This document shows, piece after piece, positions 47,413 to 57,299 of a DNA stretch of 64,000 nucleotides. The position numbers and the translations under genes were made by a program. This stretch comes from Candidatus Poribacteria bacterium. GTDB taxonomy: Bacteria > Poribacteria > WGA-4E > WGA-3G. Numbering within the stretch: the first letter of the stretch is position 1; each line of letters starts with the position of its first letter. The DNA is taken from the NCBI GenBank assembly GCA_965242965.1, contig OZ251518.1, forward strand, positions 4,832,001 through 4,896,000, in the 5' to 3' direction. The notes beneath the pieces were generated by a model that worked only from the letters and a program-made list of their open reading frames with translations, had not been told where the DNA came from and ran no database searches.

Positions 47413-48450
47413 TTACCCCACTATCCGATTTCTGAGTGCAATCCATTCTTCATCGGAGAGTTTCGGGGGCCAGGCGATGCGTTCGCCGATGAGTGCCGAA
47501 CGATACGCCGCCATAATCAGGTCGAATCCGAGCATCGCGCTTTCTAGCCTGTTGCGGTGCGGCTGAGTGTCGTCATCAAGCCATGTGGCGATGGCTTGCG
47601 TAAACGCCTTCTGTCCGAATTTGTCGTCTTCGCCGAAGTGCGTCATCTCAACGAACGGCTGCGCCATGCCGTTGAGATGATAGCCCCACGAACCGTTCTC
47701 TCGCCACCACATCCGGCCGTTTGTTCCCCAGAAATCGAGGTTGCATCTCGGGTTACTGCCCGGAAAATCGACGGTGCCGAACGCTTTGCGCGCTGATTCA
47801 AAAAAGACGCGCGTGCCGTTTTCAAAAGTATAGATAGCGTTCAGATTCTCCGGGCAATTCCGATTGGGGATGTGGTAGGTATCCGCTCCCTCAACGCTTC
47901 CCCACACGTGCGTAATCGGAATGTCTTGCAGGGCGAAAAGCACGACATCCATCAAGTGCGTATCCATATCGGTAATGTCGCCTTCGGTGCATGCACGGAT
48001 AAAGTGCATGTCGCCGAGGCTGTCTTCGGCAAAGAATTCCAGCAGTTTTTCGGCGAAAGGTAGATACCGACGTTGATGATTGACGATAATTTTCAACCCC
48101 GTTTTCTCGTGTGCAGCGGCGAGGGCGGCCGCTTCCTTTGGCCGTAGCGCGAGCGGTTTTTCAATCACTAACGCCTTGACACCGGCTGCAGCAGCGGGTT
48201 CCACCCAGATATGCCGCGGCACCGTCGGTTCAGTCACGGCGTGGACAATGTCGGGCTGTTCCGCTTGCAGCATCTCAGTGTAGTCGGTATATCCGTTGAC
48301 GTTCAACTCAGCGGCAGCCGTTTTCAGCCGTTCTTCGTCAATTTCGCAGATACCGGTCACTTTCATATTGTCAATGCCGGCGTAGCATCGTGCGTGGTGG
48401 ACACCGCGTCTGCCGCCAACAATTGCTGTCCGATATGTGGTGGTTTCCAT
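47413..48450 (-). CDS. Gfo/Idh/MocA family oxidoreductase
   Basis: IEKP, VNHQRR, THLMD; start at METTTY with GAGGAGG RBS. Confidence 0.88.
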   Translation of the reverse strand: METTTYRTAIVGGRRGVHHARCYAGIDNMKVTGICEIDEERLKTAAAELNVNGYTDYTEMLQAEQPDIVHAVTEPTVPRHIWVEPAAAAGVKALVIEKPLALRPKEAAALAAAHEKTGLKIIVNHQRRYLPFAEKLLEFFAEDSLGDMHFIRACTEGDITDMDTHLMDVVLFALQDIPITHVWGSVEGADTYHIPNRNCPENLNAIYTFENGTRVFFESARKAFGTVDFPGSNPRCNLDFWGTNGRMWWRENGSWGYHLNGMAQPFVEMTHFGEDDKFGQKAFTQAIATWLDDDTQPHRNRLESAMLGFDLIMAAYRSALIGERIAWPPKLSDEEWIALRNRIVG

Positions 48451-48558
48451 AACGCGCCTCCTCTCCTGATCAGGATATTTACAAATTATAGCACGTTTCT
48501 GATTTTGTGTCAAGTGGTTATTTTTTTGTTCTCCGATGCATCTTATTCGCTAGAAATG

Positions 48559-48720
48559 AGCAGGATTTACAAGATTACGCAAGATTAGCAAGATTAGCAA
48601 TCTGATAGACAGGCCGGTGGCGGCATATCCAAGCGTGCTAGGACTATCAAAAAACTAATCCTGAAAATCTTGAAAAATCGTGATAATCCTGCTCGGATTT
48701 ACACGATTCGCAAGATTAGA
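48559..48720. repeat. 9-bp degenerate repeats in inverted arrangement
   Basis: CAGGATTTA CAAGATTAC GCAAGATTA GCAAGATTA ... AATCCTGAA AATCTTGAA AAATCGTGA TAATCCTGC. Confidence 0.7.
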
Positions 48721-48731
48721 GTTTTTGTTTA

Positions 48732-49050
48732 CCGTAGGGCGAGGGCCTGTCCCTCGCCATGTGACGATGATAAGGGAGGTTTCTGGCTCACCGAACGATC
48801 GCGGGGGACAGGCCCCCGCGCTACGGTGGCCGCAGCGTTTCTCGGCTAGCCAAACCGCGCCGCCGGAACGTAGGGCGAGGGCCTGTCCCTCGCCATGTGA
48901 CGATGATAAGGGAGGTTTCTGGCTCACCGAACGATCGCGGGGGACAGGCCCCCGCGCTACGGTGAAAGCAGCGTTTCTCGTTAGGGACAGGCCCCCGCGC
49001 TACGGTGGCCGCAGCGGTTTTCGTTAGGGACAGGCCCCCGCGCTACGGTG
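48732..49050. repeat. REP-like cluster with internal duplications
   Basis: Two near-identical inverted A pairs sharing the linker GTGACGATGATAAGGGAGGTTTCTGGCTCACCGAAC. Confidence 0.88.
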
Positions 49051-49081
49051 AAAGCAGCGTTTCTCGTTTCACACATTATTC

Positions 49082-49110
49082 TTGCAAAATTCGCGCGCTT
49101 GTGATAGAAT
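49082..49110 (+). promoter_or_regulatory. sigma70-type promoter
   Basis: TTGCAA-17-TAGAAT with TG extension, before an AGGAGG RBS. Confidence 0.6.
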
Positions 49111-49131
49111 TCGCGGAAAAGGAGGGCGACT

Positions 49132-50259
49132 ATGAAAATTGATAAAATCGAATCGTTTTTGATGGGAAACGGGTATGTGCTCCGCATCCACACAGATACC
49201 GGCATCAGCGGTGTCGGGCAAACAGCATGCTGGGGCTACCCAGAAGCAGTTGAAAAAATCGTCAACACCTTTGAGAAATATCTCATCGGACAGAACCCGA
49301 TGCGGATTGAACACCACTGGCAATATCTCTATCGGATGGGGCCGTTTCGGGGCACCGCACTGAGCGGTGCTATTAGCGCAGTGGACATCGCATTATGGGA
49401 TATCAAGGGCAAACATTTCGGCGTGCCGATCTGGGAATTGCTAGGCGGTAACTGCCGAGATAAAATTCGGCTGCACCTGCTCGGCGGCGGAAATACGCCT
49501 GAGACGATGTTTGATGCCGCAAAAGCAGCCGTTGAAGAAGGATTCACCGCGCTGAAGTTCGACCCGCTCGTCGGCGGTTTTCAGGATATGGCCGTGGACA
49601 GACTCGTCAAAACCGCTCGCGACTTAGTTGCCGCGGCGCGCGAAGGCGGCGGACCAGATCTGGATCTCATCGTTGAGGTGCATCGCAAACTTACACCGAT
49701 GAACAGCATCGTGTTAGAATCGGCGTTGGCACCGTTTAACCTCTATTTCGTCGAAGACCCGATTCAGATCGACACGATTAAGACGCAGGCGGAACTAGCG
49801 AAACGGATGACGAGCCCTGTCGGCAACGGCGAACGGTTTACAACTATCTGGGAATTCCGGGAACTGCTGGAAGCCGGCGGACCGCAGTATGTCCGGCCCG
49901 ATCTCGGACTCGCGGGTGGTATAACGCATTGCAAGAAGATTGCGGCGATTGCGGAAGCGTATCACAGCGCGGTAGTTACGCATAACTTCCTCGGCCCGCT
50001 CATCACGGCGGCATCGTTGCACTTGGATGCCAGCATCCCGAATTTCATCACGCAGGAATACACGAAGGCGGACGAATCTTCGGACTTCGCTGTCTTCAAA
50101 GTGGCGTATCAGCGCGAGGGCGGCTATATCCCCATTCCAGTGGCACCGGGTTTGGGCATCGAATTGGATGACAGTCTGATCGCGGAGACTCCCTATCGCC
50201 CGATGAACACCGGCACAACGCCGTTGCGGGAAGACGGTTCGGTTGCCTATGCGGTGTAG
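49132..50259 (+). CDS. Mandelate racemase/galactonate dehydratase-like enolase-superfamily enzyme
   Basis: SAVDIALWDIKGK, KFD, EVH, EDP, GER, RPD....GGIT, PGLGIE. Confidence 0.9.
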   Translation: MKIDKIESFLMGNGYVLRIHTDTGISGVGQTACWGYPEAVEKIVNTFEKYLIGQNPMRIEHHWQYLYRMGPFRGTALSGAISAVDIALWDIKGKHFGVPIWELLGGNCRDKIRLHLLGGGNTPETMFDAAKAAVEEGFTALKFDPLVGGFQDMAVDRLVKTARDLVAAAREGGGPDLDLIVEVHRKLTPMNSIVLESALAPFNLYFVEDPIQIDTIKTQAELAKRMTSPVGNGERFTTIWEFRELLEAGGPQYVRPDLGLAGGITHCKKIAAIAEAYHSAVVTHNFLGPLITAASLHLDASIPNFITQEYTKADESSDFAVFKVAYQREGGYIPIPVAPGLGIELDDSLIAETPYRPMNTGTTPLREDGSVAYAV

Positions 50260-50271
50260 CGCAAGATTTCA

Positions 50272-50475
50272 CCGTAGCGCAGGGGCCTGTCCCCTGCGAA
50301 CATCCGGTATATCAAGGAACGCTCCCGCACCGTAGCGCAGGGGCCTGTCCCCTGCGAACGCATCGAGACCAGGAGGGCTCTCCTACCACCGTAGCGCAGG
50401 GGCCTGTCCCCTGCGAGTGCATCGAGACCAGGAGGGCTCTCCTACCACCGTAGCGCAGGGGCCTGTCCCCTGCGA
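50272..50475 (+). repeat. Array of a local REP variant GTAGCGCAGGGGCCTGTCCCCTGCG
   Basis: Four identical variant copies, the last three separated by C units. Confidence 0.88.
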
Positions 50476-50503
50476 GTGTCCAAACCCACAAGGAGAACCA
50501 AAA

Positions 50504-51304
50504 ATGAACGCCGACGAAAAATATCTCTTTGACTTGAACGGCTATCTTGTGATTGAAAATGTGCTAACACCCGAAGAGGTGGCACTCGCGAACGAAGCAA
50601 TCGATAAGCACAGCCACCTCGCACGCATCCGTCCTCCCGATCAGACGCTTGATGGAGGTTCACCGGAGTTGCGTGGCACAGAAGGACGCGGCGAATTAGG
50701 CGGCATGCTCGGCTGGGAAGAACCGTGGTGCAATCCGTTCCGGCACATGCTGGCGCATCCGACGTTGGTGCCCTATCTCAACGTGATTTTAGGGCAGGGT
50801 TTCCGCATGGATCATCAGATGTTTCTGATTTCGATGGACAAAGGCGCGGAAGGCTTCATTTTCCACGGTTCATCGGGACCCGGCTTCGATCCGAATCAGT
50901 ATTACATCTTTCGAGATGGACAGATGCACAACGGGTTGACCGTGGTGACGTTTCAGTTAACCGATGTGCCGCCGGGGACAGGTGGCCTCATCGTTATCCC
51001 TGGCAGTCACAAGAGCAACTACCCTTGTCCGCGGGAAATGCGTCTTTATCAGAAGCACCAGGAGCATATCCGGCAGATTGTCTGCAACGCGGGCGATGTC
51101 GTGATTTTCACGGAAGCGGTGACACACGGGACGCTGCCGTGGACGGCAGAGCATCCGCGTCGCTCCATTTTGACGCGCTACACCGCCGGTAACATGGCGT
51201 ATGTGCCGGCGTATCCGGTACCGGAATGGGCGAATGAACGGCAGCGGGCAGTCATGGAGCCGCCATATCATTCCCGTTTGAATCGTCCATTTTTGGAGGA
51301 ATAA
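50504..51304 (+). CDS. PhyH-family dioxygenase
   Basis: YLFDLNGY, GG..VIPGSHKSN, AGDV.IFTEA.THG; start at MNADEK with AAGGAG RBS. Confidence 0.88.
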   Translation: MNADEKYLFDLNGYLVIENVLTPEEVALANEAIDKHSHLARIRPPDQTLDGGSPELRGTEGRGELGGMLGWEEPWCNPFRHMLAHPTLVPYLNVILGQGFRMDHQMFLISMDKGAEGFIFHGSSGPGFDPNQYYIFRDGQMHNGLTVVTFQLTDVPPGTGGLIVIPGSHKSNYPCPREMRLYQKHQEHIRQIVCNAGDVVIFTEAVTHGTLPWTAEHPRRSILTRYTAGNMAYVPAYPVPEWANERQRAVMEPPYHSRLNRPFLEE

Positions 51305-51345
51305 TACCGCTCAAATGCAGGGAAATTAGCGAAGGAGAACCCGAT

Positions 51346-52392
51346 ATGTCTACTTCACTCAGCGCGCTCTTAGGGCTCATTTTTCTGGGGCTTGCCAACG
51401 CATCCGTTTTTTTGATGTTCAAGTTGTGGGGTTATCCGTTTGACAAGGCGACGCGCACCAGCGAGGCACCGCCATCGCTGATGCGCCTGCACCGGGTTAT
51501 CGGCTATGCGTATGCGATTCTCTACGTTTTTATGATGTGGCACATGGTGCCGCGCCTGTGGAATTACCAGGTCGAATTGCCGCCGCGCACCGTCGCGCAT
51601 CTGATGCTCGGCATTACTATCGGCGTGCTGATCCTCGTCAAAATTGCCATTTTGCGGTTCTTCCGACATTTTGAGGAATCGATGCCGTATCTCGGCACAG
51701 CACTGCTACTCTGCACATATCTGCTAATCGGGTTATCGGTGCCGTTTACTTTCCGGGAAGCCGCGCTTCGGACGCAAACGGGTGCGTTTAGTGAGGCGGG
51801 CATCGCGCGCACGCGTCAGCTGCTTGAAACCGCGGGGTTACCACCGGAAGCACCGCTTAACGAGCTCGCTTCAAAGCGGAAGTTGCGGGAAGGGCAAAGG
51901 GTGCTACAAACCAAGTGTGTTATCTGCCATGATCTGCGCACGATTCTCGCCAAGCCGCGCACGCCGCCGGATTGGACGCGCCTCGTCAACCGCATGGCGA
52001 TGAAGCCTGTCATCGGGGAGCCGATTCATCTCGAAGAGGAGTGGACTGTCTCCGCCTATCTCATCGCGATTACGCCGGACATCCAGACCTCGGTGAAGCA
52101 ACAGCGGCAAGAACAGATGCAGGCTGATGAAGCGAAGGCAGCGGCGCAAACCGCCGCGCTCGTGATGGCAACTGAGGATACGGATACCTACGATGCCGCC
52201 GAGGCGAAAGTGTTGTTTGAGGACAAGTGTTCGCAGTGTCATCCGATTACCGATGTTGAGGATTACCCGCCGCGATCTGAAGAGGAGACGACGGAGGTAA
52301 TTACGCGGATGATAGAGCATGGGCTCTATTTAGAAGAGGCGGAAATTGAGCAGATCGCGCGGTATATTAATGAGAATTATTTGGCGGAATAA
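51346..52392 (+). CDS. Four-TM membrane domain fused to two c-type cytochrome (CxxCH) domains
   Basis: TM helices with His (LHRVIGY, AHLMLG); CVICH and CSQCH, each followed by an RM motif. Confidence 0.85.
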   Translation: MSTSLSALLGLIFLGLANASVFLMFKLWGYPFDKATRTSEAPPSLMRLHRVIGYAYAILYVFMMWHMVPRLWNYQVELPPRTVAHLMLGITIGVLILVKIAILRFFRHFEESMPYLGTALLLCTYLLIGLSVPFTFREAALRTQTGAFSEAGIARTRQLLETAGLPPEAPLNELASKRKLREGQRVLQTKCVICHDLRTILAKPRTPPDWTRLVNRMAMKPVIGEPIHLEEEWTVSAYLIAITPDIQTSVKQQRQEQMQADEAKAAAQTAALVMATEDTDTYDAAEAKVLFEDKCSQCHPITDVEDYPPRSEEETTEVITRMIEHGLYLEEAEIEQIARYINENYLAE

Positions 52393-52431
52393 TTCGTTTT
52401 GCGTTATCGTAGAATAATTTGTTTTGTATTA

Positions 52432-52765
52432 CCGTAGGGCGAGGGCCTGTCCCTCGCCATGCTGCGGTAATCGAGCGATCGCGGGGGACAGGCCCCCGCG
52501 CTACGGTAGCCTGAGCGGCCCGTTTTATCGTAGGGCGAGGGCCTGTCCCTCGCCATGCAACGATCGCGGGGGACAGGCCCCCGCGCTACGGTATCCAAAA
52601 CCGCCCCTTCTGTAGGTCAAGAGCGCCTGCTCTTGACCCGATGGCGATCAGGCGATCGCAAACTACAGAGGGGAAGCGCGCCATGCAACGATCGCGAGGG
52701 ACAGGCCCTCGCGCTACGGGCCAGGAAGAAAAAAAGCGCGGGGGACAGGCCCCCGCGCTACGGTG
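52432..52765. repeat. REP-like cluster between convergent genes
   Basis: A and B units. Confidence 0.88.
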
Positions 52766-52774
52766 ACATTGCGT

Positions 52775-55700
52775 TTACTCCTGCTGCTTGACCTCACCGA
52801 ACGTCGTCAGCATCCGATTCGACGCAGAAACAGGACCCGGCAACAACCGCGTCACTAACGTCGCCGGCTTACCATCAAACGCAACTTCTTCGATCTGATA
52901 ATAATATTCAATACCCGGCTTCGCCGACGTATCGGTAAACGTGTAGGTTTGACGTTCACCCGTCGTGCCGGCACCGGCGATTAAGGCAGGATTCAAGAGC
53001 GTGAAACCGCTATCGCGCTTTTCGCTGCGGCGCAAGTTAAAGCCCGCGTTGTCCACTTCCGACTCGGTTGTCCATGTCAAAACGACAGCACCGGTTTCAT
53101 TGCGCGTCATTGAGAAACTGGATAACTCCACCGGCAAGGCACCGCCTTCACGATGCCCCGGCGTGCCGATGTCATCGGCATGGCCGTAGTGGAGAGACTC
53201 ATCAAACGGCTTGATGCGCGCTGCCAACACCCAACTCGCACGCTTTCGTCCGGGCAGCGCAACACCTTTATCGTAACGCCGAATGATGGAACTCCGCGAA
53301 CCTTCCTCAAAACTCAGCGGTAATGCCCAGGCCGGGGCATCGTCCGAACGCCGATCGCTGTCCCTATTCCCGACTTCGTCGACGAGATTCCCGTTCCTAT
53401 CGGAGAGTTGCAGGTAGAATCCTTCGGTACTCAAGAAGGTATCCCGCGCACGCTTGATGCGCAGATTCTTATCATGCAGGGCCAACAGGTCGTAGACCCT
53501 GTCCGCTGGCAGATACGAATCCGACGAGGCACGCGCCGGGCCCGCGACGATGAGCAACGTTTGATTCGGTTGAATCACTTTCTCTCCTAACGTCAACGTG
53601 ACAATCGGGCGGCCGACTAAATCTTCAGAATCCACGTTCTGAATCTCCAACTCCCAACGGTTGAGATTGATAGCATCCGTTTTGGAGTTGTTGTAGAGTT
53701 CAATCCATTGCGGCAGTGTGCGCCCGCCGGAATCCACCATGATTTCGCTGAAGGTGATGCTGCCTTTCGGCGTGGCAGACCCAGGTTTTACTGCACCATT
53801 CGGATAGCCCGGTGTGCCTGCGGTTGCAGCCGACTCCGAGACCTTCCTATCATAACCGAGTCCTGTGAACGCCGATTCTGCCCAGGCATCTTTATGATAC
53901 CCGACGATATCCGCCTTGGCGCGCTGCCAGACTTTGCCCGAGCCGAGGGCATCTTCGGTGTCACCACCGGGAGCCTGCAACACTTGCAGGGGCCAGACAT
54001 GCGTGTCATAATCGCCTGTCTGCTCACGGACAAACGCATCCGTGTCACTGCCGCCGCCACCGGCGACATCGACGAACGCTTCGTTCAAGCCGCGTTTATC
54101 CTTCGCGTTGCGGAGAATCAAGAGGAATTTTCCATCATCTGGCAGGGACAACCCGGCGTTGACGAGATACAGGTGCGGCGAGCCTTTCTTCTCTACATCA
54201 GCAGTGCTGATGTCATCACCACCGGCAAGAGACGTTTTATCCGGTGACGTATTCACAAGCAGCAACAGCCCGTTTGCTGGCACACTCACATCTTCCACAA
54301 AAGCAATCAGGGACGTATCTTCCTTCTTCCCATCTTGCACGATGCTGAGCTCCCAGTCTTTTAACGAGACTGCATCACCGGTGACATTGCGAAGTTCTAG
54401 CCAGTCATCAGCATCGCCGCTACCGTTGCCGAGTTCGTTGAAAACAACGGGACTGCGAGGCACATCAGAGGTCGGCGACTTCGGATCTGACGTTTCCGGA
54501 AGGTAAATCACCGGCACCACTGGTGTATCCGAGACTACCGGCGAAACTTCACGGCCAGACGTATCTTCCAACGGCGATGGATCTGCCGCCAGCACCGTTT
54601 TTGGCGCAGTGCCAGATGCCGCCGCAGGCTCCGCTGTCCCAACCTGCCGCTCAGACGGTGCAGTCAGTGGTCCTGACAGCAACATCGTCTTGTCCGGGAC
54701 GAGGATCTTGACAGAGGGGACACGCACTGCCTCTGCCACCGTGTCCGTTGCTGCTACCGTATACGCGAATGTCACTTTCGTCGAATTCGTGTCTTCGGCG
54801 CGTTGCCATGTTGCATGCCGGGCATTTGCCGGCACCTCTTCGCCGAGATAAAGCGTCACATACGGCGGGTTTTCCCCTTCATAACGCAGATTCTGCCTGT
54901 CATACGTCACCTCAACCTCAATCTTATCGCCGGCGGTATAGGCACCGGCGGGAGGCGCGACAATCTCCGGCGTTTCCACTACGCGCAACGGATTATCCAC
55001 TGACACCGTCAACACATTCGATGCCAGACTGGCGTTGCCGGCGATATCCTGTGTGGCACCTGCCGGCAATGAGATGGCGACATTCCCCTGAAAACCGAGG
55101 GCAGGCGTAATCGTCGCTTTGTAGACGAGGAACAACGCACTGTTCTTCGCACTACCGGGCGGATAGTGCAATGCATCATAGGTGCGGAGAGGACTAGGAT
55201 CAAACTCACCTGGCCACCTCCGGATATAGTGCTGCCTCTTCCAATCGTTCGCGTTATAATCGCGAAGGGTCTCAGTCCAGTGCCCGGGAGGGGGCCACTG
55301 CTCGCTAGAACGATGATCGAGCCCCACATACGTCAACTCAACCTGCCATGCCTCACGCGTGACACCGGTGCCGGTAATGCTGACATCCGCGGGTTCAAAA
55401 CTCTCACCCACTTCGTCTGCTAGGACAGTCTTTATATGGTAATTGGTGTCAAACCGGTTGAAAAAACGGAATTCCACATCAAACGCCGCTGTCTGCGTTT
55501 CGCTTTCCGTAACATCACGATCGAAATCTGTCACGGGTGCCTCGGTATACGCAGCATCCAAGTTGGCGACTGCATTCCGTTTATCATCGGTGTGCGTTTC
55601 GCCGTTCTTTATCAGCCCAGGAACCCACACTGTCGTCGGGAGGGTATCTACGAGGAAAAGCGGCATTTTAGAGGTCTCATCGCCCAGGCGCGCTCGGACA

Positions 55701-57109
55701 GCTGCATCGCCAGACCAGAGGATGTGGTTGTAATGAAATCGTTCTGCTTTGCCGCCATAAGTCCATCCCTCGGTGTTGGTTTCGCCGATAAAATACGCCA
55801 CCAGCGCGGATTGGGTGTCTACCCCACCGCCAGTGAACCGGTTTCCCGAAGAATCGATTATCCGCCTCGCGTTCGCGTCCCTGTAGTTATGCGCAAAAGC
55901 GGAGTAAAGCTGGAGATCGCTGAATCTGTAGTCTCCCGCCTCCACCGTATACGCAAAGACGAGCGTATTGCTCCCTGAACCGGAATGATAGTCTGCACGT
56001 TTACCGCCGAGCGTGCTGCCACCTAATGCCAGCGTCGGTGGATCTCCAAGGTCCACCGTCACCTCCTCATTAAACTTCACGGAGATATAGATGGTGTCGC
56101 CTTCGCCATAGTAATAGACCTGCCGACTCTCGGCGAGTGCAGGCTTGGAGTAGCCATCTTCGCCCACGTGAGGATAAAGCGACGTGTAATCGTCGCCCCG
56201 TTGAAGATCATGCGCGATGGAGTCAAGGCGAATCTCGTGCAAGCGTGACTTCCCACCCCGGGGGGCGTGAGGTATATCCTCGCCACTACTGTTGACGAAC
56301 CGAACCGGATGGTCCTTCCATGCGGCTAACTCCGGCGCGATAGCCTCTATCTTGGGGTAGTAGATGGTGGTGCCTGCTGGGAGAGTCAGACTGCTAGCAG
56401 AAGTCCAAGAAGAACCCCCAGCCTGATCACCAAGATATCCCGCCTGAAAGGGAGTGTTACCAGGCGTGAACCACTCGCCACCAGAGTCCCGGTCACCAGG
56501 CCTCACCCTATAGAGGTAGAGCATGGTGAATTTGGCAAAGTTGATTTCGCCCTGAGGTAAATTTAACTCTTGATCCGAAAAGTTGTGGTTAAGGTAGTGA
56601 CGCGAGTAAAAATAACTACCATCAGCGGTGTTTTTTATGCCGCCATCACCCCAATCCGCTATATCAAGGCTCGTCCCCCAGTGGACGCGATGCACTGGGC
56701 CTACCCGAATCGCAATCCCGAGGATATCACCCGCGACAAGAGTAGTCGTTTCCGCGTTTGAAGCGTCTATGCGAGTGGCCCCCTCAGGGTTGCCATCGGC
56801 ATCGATTGGAACGTAGCCATCAACTACACCCTCTCTCGCATGAGCGGGAATGGGCGTAGTGTAGCCGCTATCAGGCCAGGCGTAGGCAAAACCCGTTGGT
56901 GGCCAAACACCAGAGTCTGTTTGACGGTGATAGGGACTAGCACCGTTTGACTTAGCCTTAAGCGCGCTCTCCGGAACGTGGTAAATCCGTAGCCATTCAA
57001 TTGAGGGAGCTGCCTCGGCTCCCTTTGGGAGAGCGAGCCCGAAGACAACCCCGGCAAGCATCAGGAAAACGAAGAATCTCGCGTAGGAAAACAGCGATTT
57101 CCTTGTCAT
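52775..57109 (-). CDS. Giant secreted protein: unique N-terminus, Ig-like region, two lamin-tail-like domains, PVELSSF domain (paralog of 7975-13020)
   Basis: Signal peptide from MTRKSLF (GGAGG RBS); C-terminal ~560 aa closely similar to the other giant protein. Confidence 0.88.
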   Translation of the reverse strand: MTRKSLFSYARFFVFLMLAGVVFGLALPKGAEAAPSIEWLRIYHVPESALKAKSNGASPYHRQTDSGVWPPTGFAYAWPDSGYTTPIPAHAREGVVDGYVPIDADGNPEGATRIDASNAETTTLVAGDILGIAIRVGPVHRVHWGTSLDIADWGDGGIKNTADGSYFYSRHYLNHNFSDQELNLPQGEINFAKFTMLYLYRVRPGDRDSGGEWFTPGNTPFQAGYLGDQAGGSSWTSASSLTLPAGTTIYYPKIEAIAPELAAWKDHPVRFVNSSGEDIPHAPRGGKSRLHEIRLDSIAHDLQRGDDYTSLYPHVGEDGYSKPALAESRQVYYYGEGDTIYISVKFNEEVTVDLGDPPTLALGGSTLGGKRADYHSGSGSNTLVFAYTVEAGDYRFSDLQLYSAFAHNYRDANARRIIDSSGNRFTGGGVDTQSALVAYFIGETNTEGWTYGGKAERFHYNHILWSGDAAVRARLGDETSKMPLFLVDTLPTTVWVPGLIKNGETHTDDKRNAVANLDAAYTEAPVTDFDRDVTESETQTAAFDVEFRFFNRFDTNYHIKTVLADEVGESFEPADVSITGTGVTREAWQVELTYVGLDHRSSEQWPPPGHWTETLRDYNANDWKRQHYIRRWPGEFDPSPLRTYDALHYPPGSAKNSALFLVYKATITPALGFQGNVAISLPAGATQDIAGNASLASNVLTVSVDNPLRVVETPEIVAPPAGAYTAGDKIEVEVTYDRQNLRYEGENPPYVTLYLGEEVPANARHATWQRAEDTNSTKVTFAYTVAATDTVAEAVRVPSVKILVPDKTMLLSGPLTAPSERQVGTAEPAAASGTAPKTVLAADPSPLEDTSGREVSPVVSDTPVVPVIYLPETSDPKSPTSDVPRSPVVFNELGNGSGDADDWLELRNVTGDAVSLKDWELSIVQDGKKEDTSLIAFVEDVSVPANGLLLLVNTSPDKTSLAGGDDISTADVEKKGSPHLYLVNAGLSLPDDGKFLLILRNAKDKRGLNEAFVDVAGGGGSDTDAFVREQTGDYDTHVWPLQVLQAPGGDTEDALGSGKVWQRAKADIVGYHKDAWAESAFTGLGYDRKVSESAATAGTPGYPNGAVKPGSATPKGSITFSEIMVDSGGRTLPQWIELYNNSKTDAINLNRWELEIQNVDSEDLVGRPIVTLTLGEKVIQPNQTLLIVAGPARASSDSYLPADRVYDLLALHDKNLRIKRARDTFLSTEGFYLQLSDRNGNLVDEVGNRDSDRRSDDAPAWALPLSFEEGSRSSIIRRYDKGVALPGRKRASWVLAARIKPFDESLHYGHADDIGTPGHREGGALPVELSSFSMTRNETGAVVLTWTTESEVDNAGFNLRRSEKRDSGFTLLNPALIAGAGTTGERQTYTFTDTSAKPGIEYYYQIEEVAFDGKPATLVTRLLPGPVSASNRMLTTFGEVKQQE

Positions 57110-57299
57110 AATAACATTTCCTCCATGGAAAATAGTGTGAATAGGGGACCTCCGCGCCGAAATAGCGAAAAGTTCCCCCATGATATTAAGAGAGAGAACA
57201 GCGGCGGCACTGCCGTGCTATCCTTTGTTTCGTTGGAAAGGTAGGAGAGACCTCCCGGTCTCGACACTACCGGCACAACTGCCGTGCTGTCCCTTGTTT

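Noticed and set aside
54525-54565. 'GREVSP' peptide in the giant protein as a REP remnant
   Set aside because: The DNA (GGCCGTGAAGTTTCGCCG) matches family C poorly; probably chance.
7975-57109. Diversity-generating retroelement acting on the paralogous giant proteins or the LamG tails
   Set aside because: No reverse transcriptase, and no TR/VR pair with adenine-specific differences was seen.
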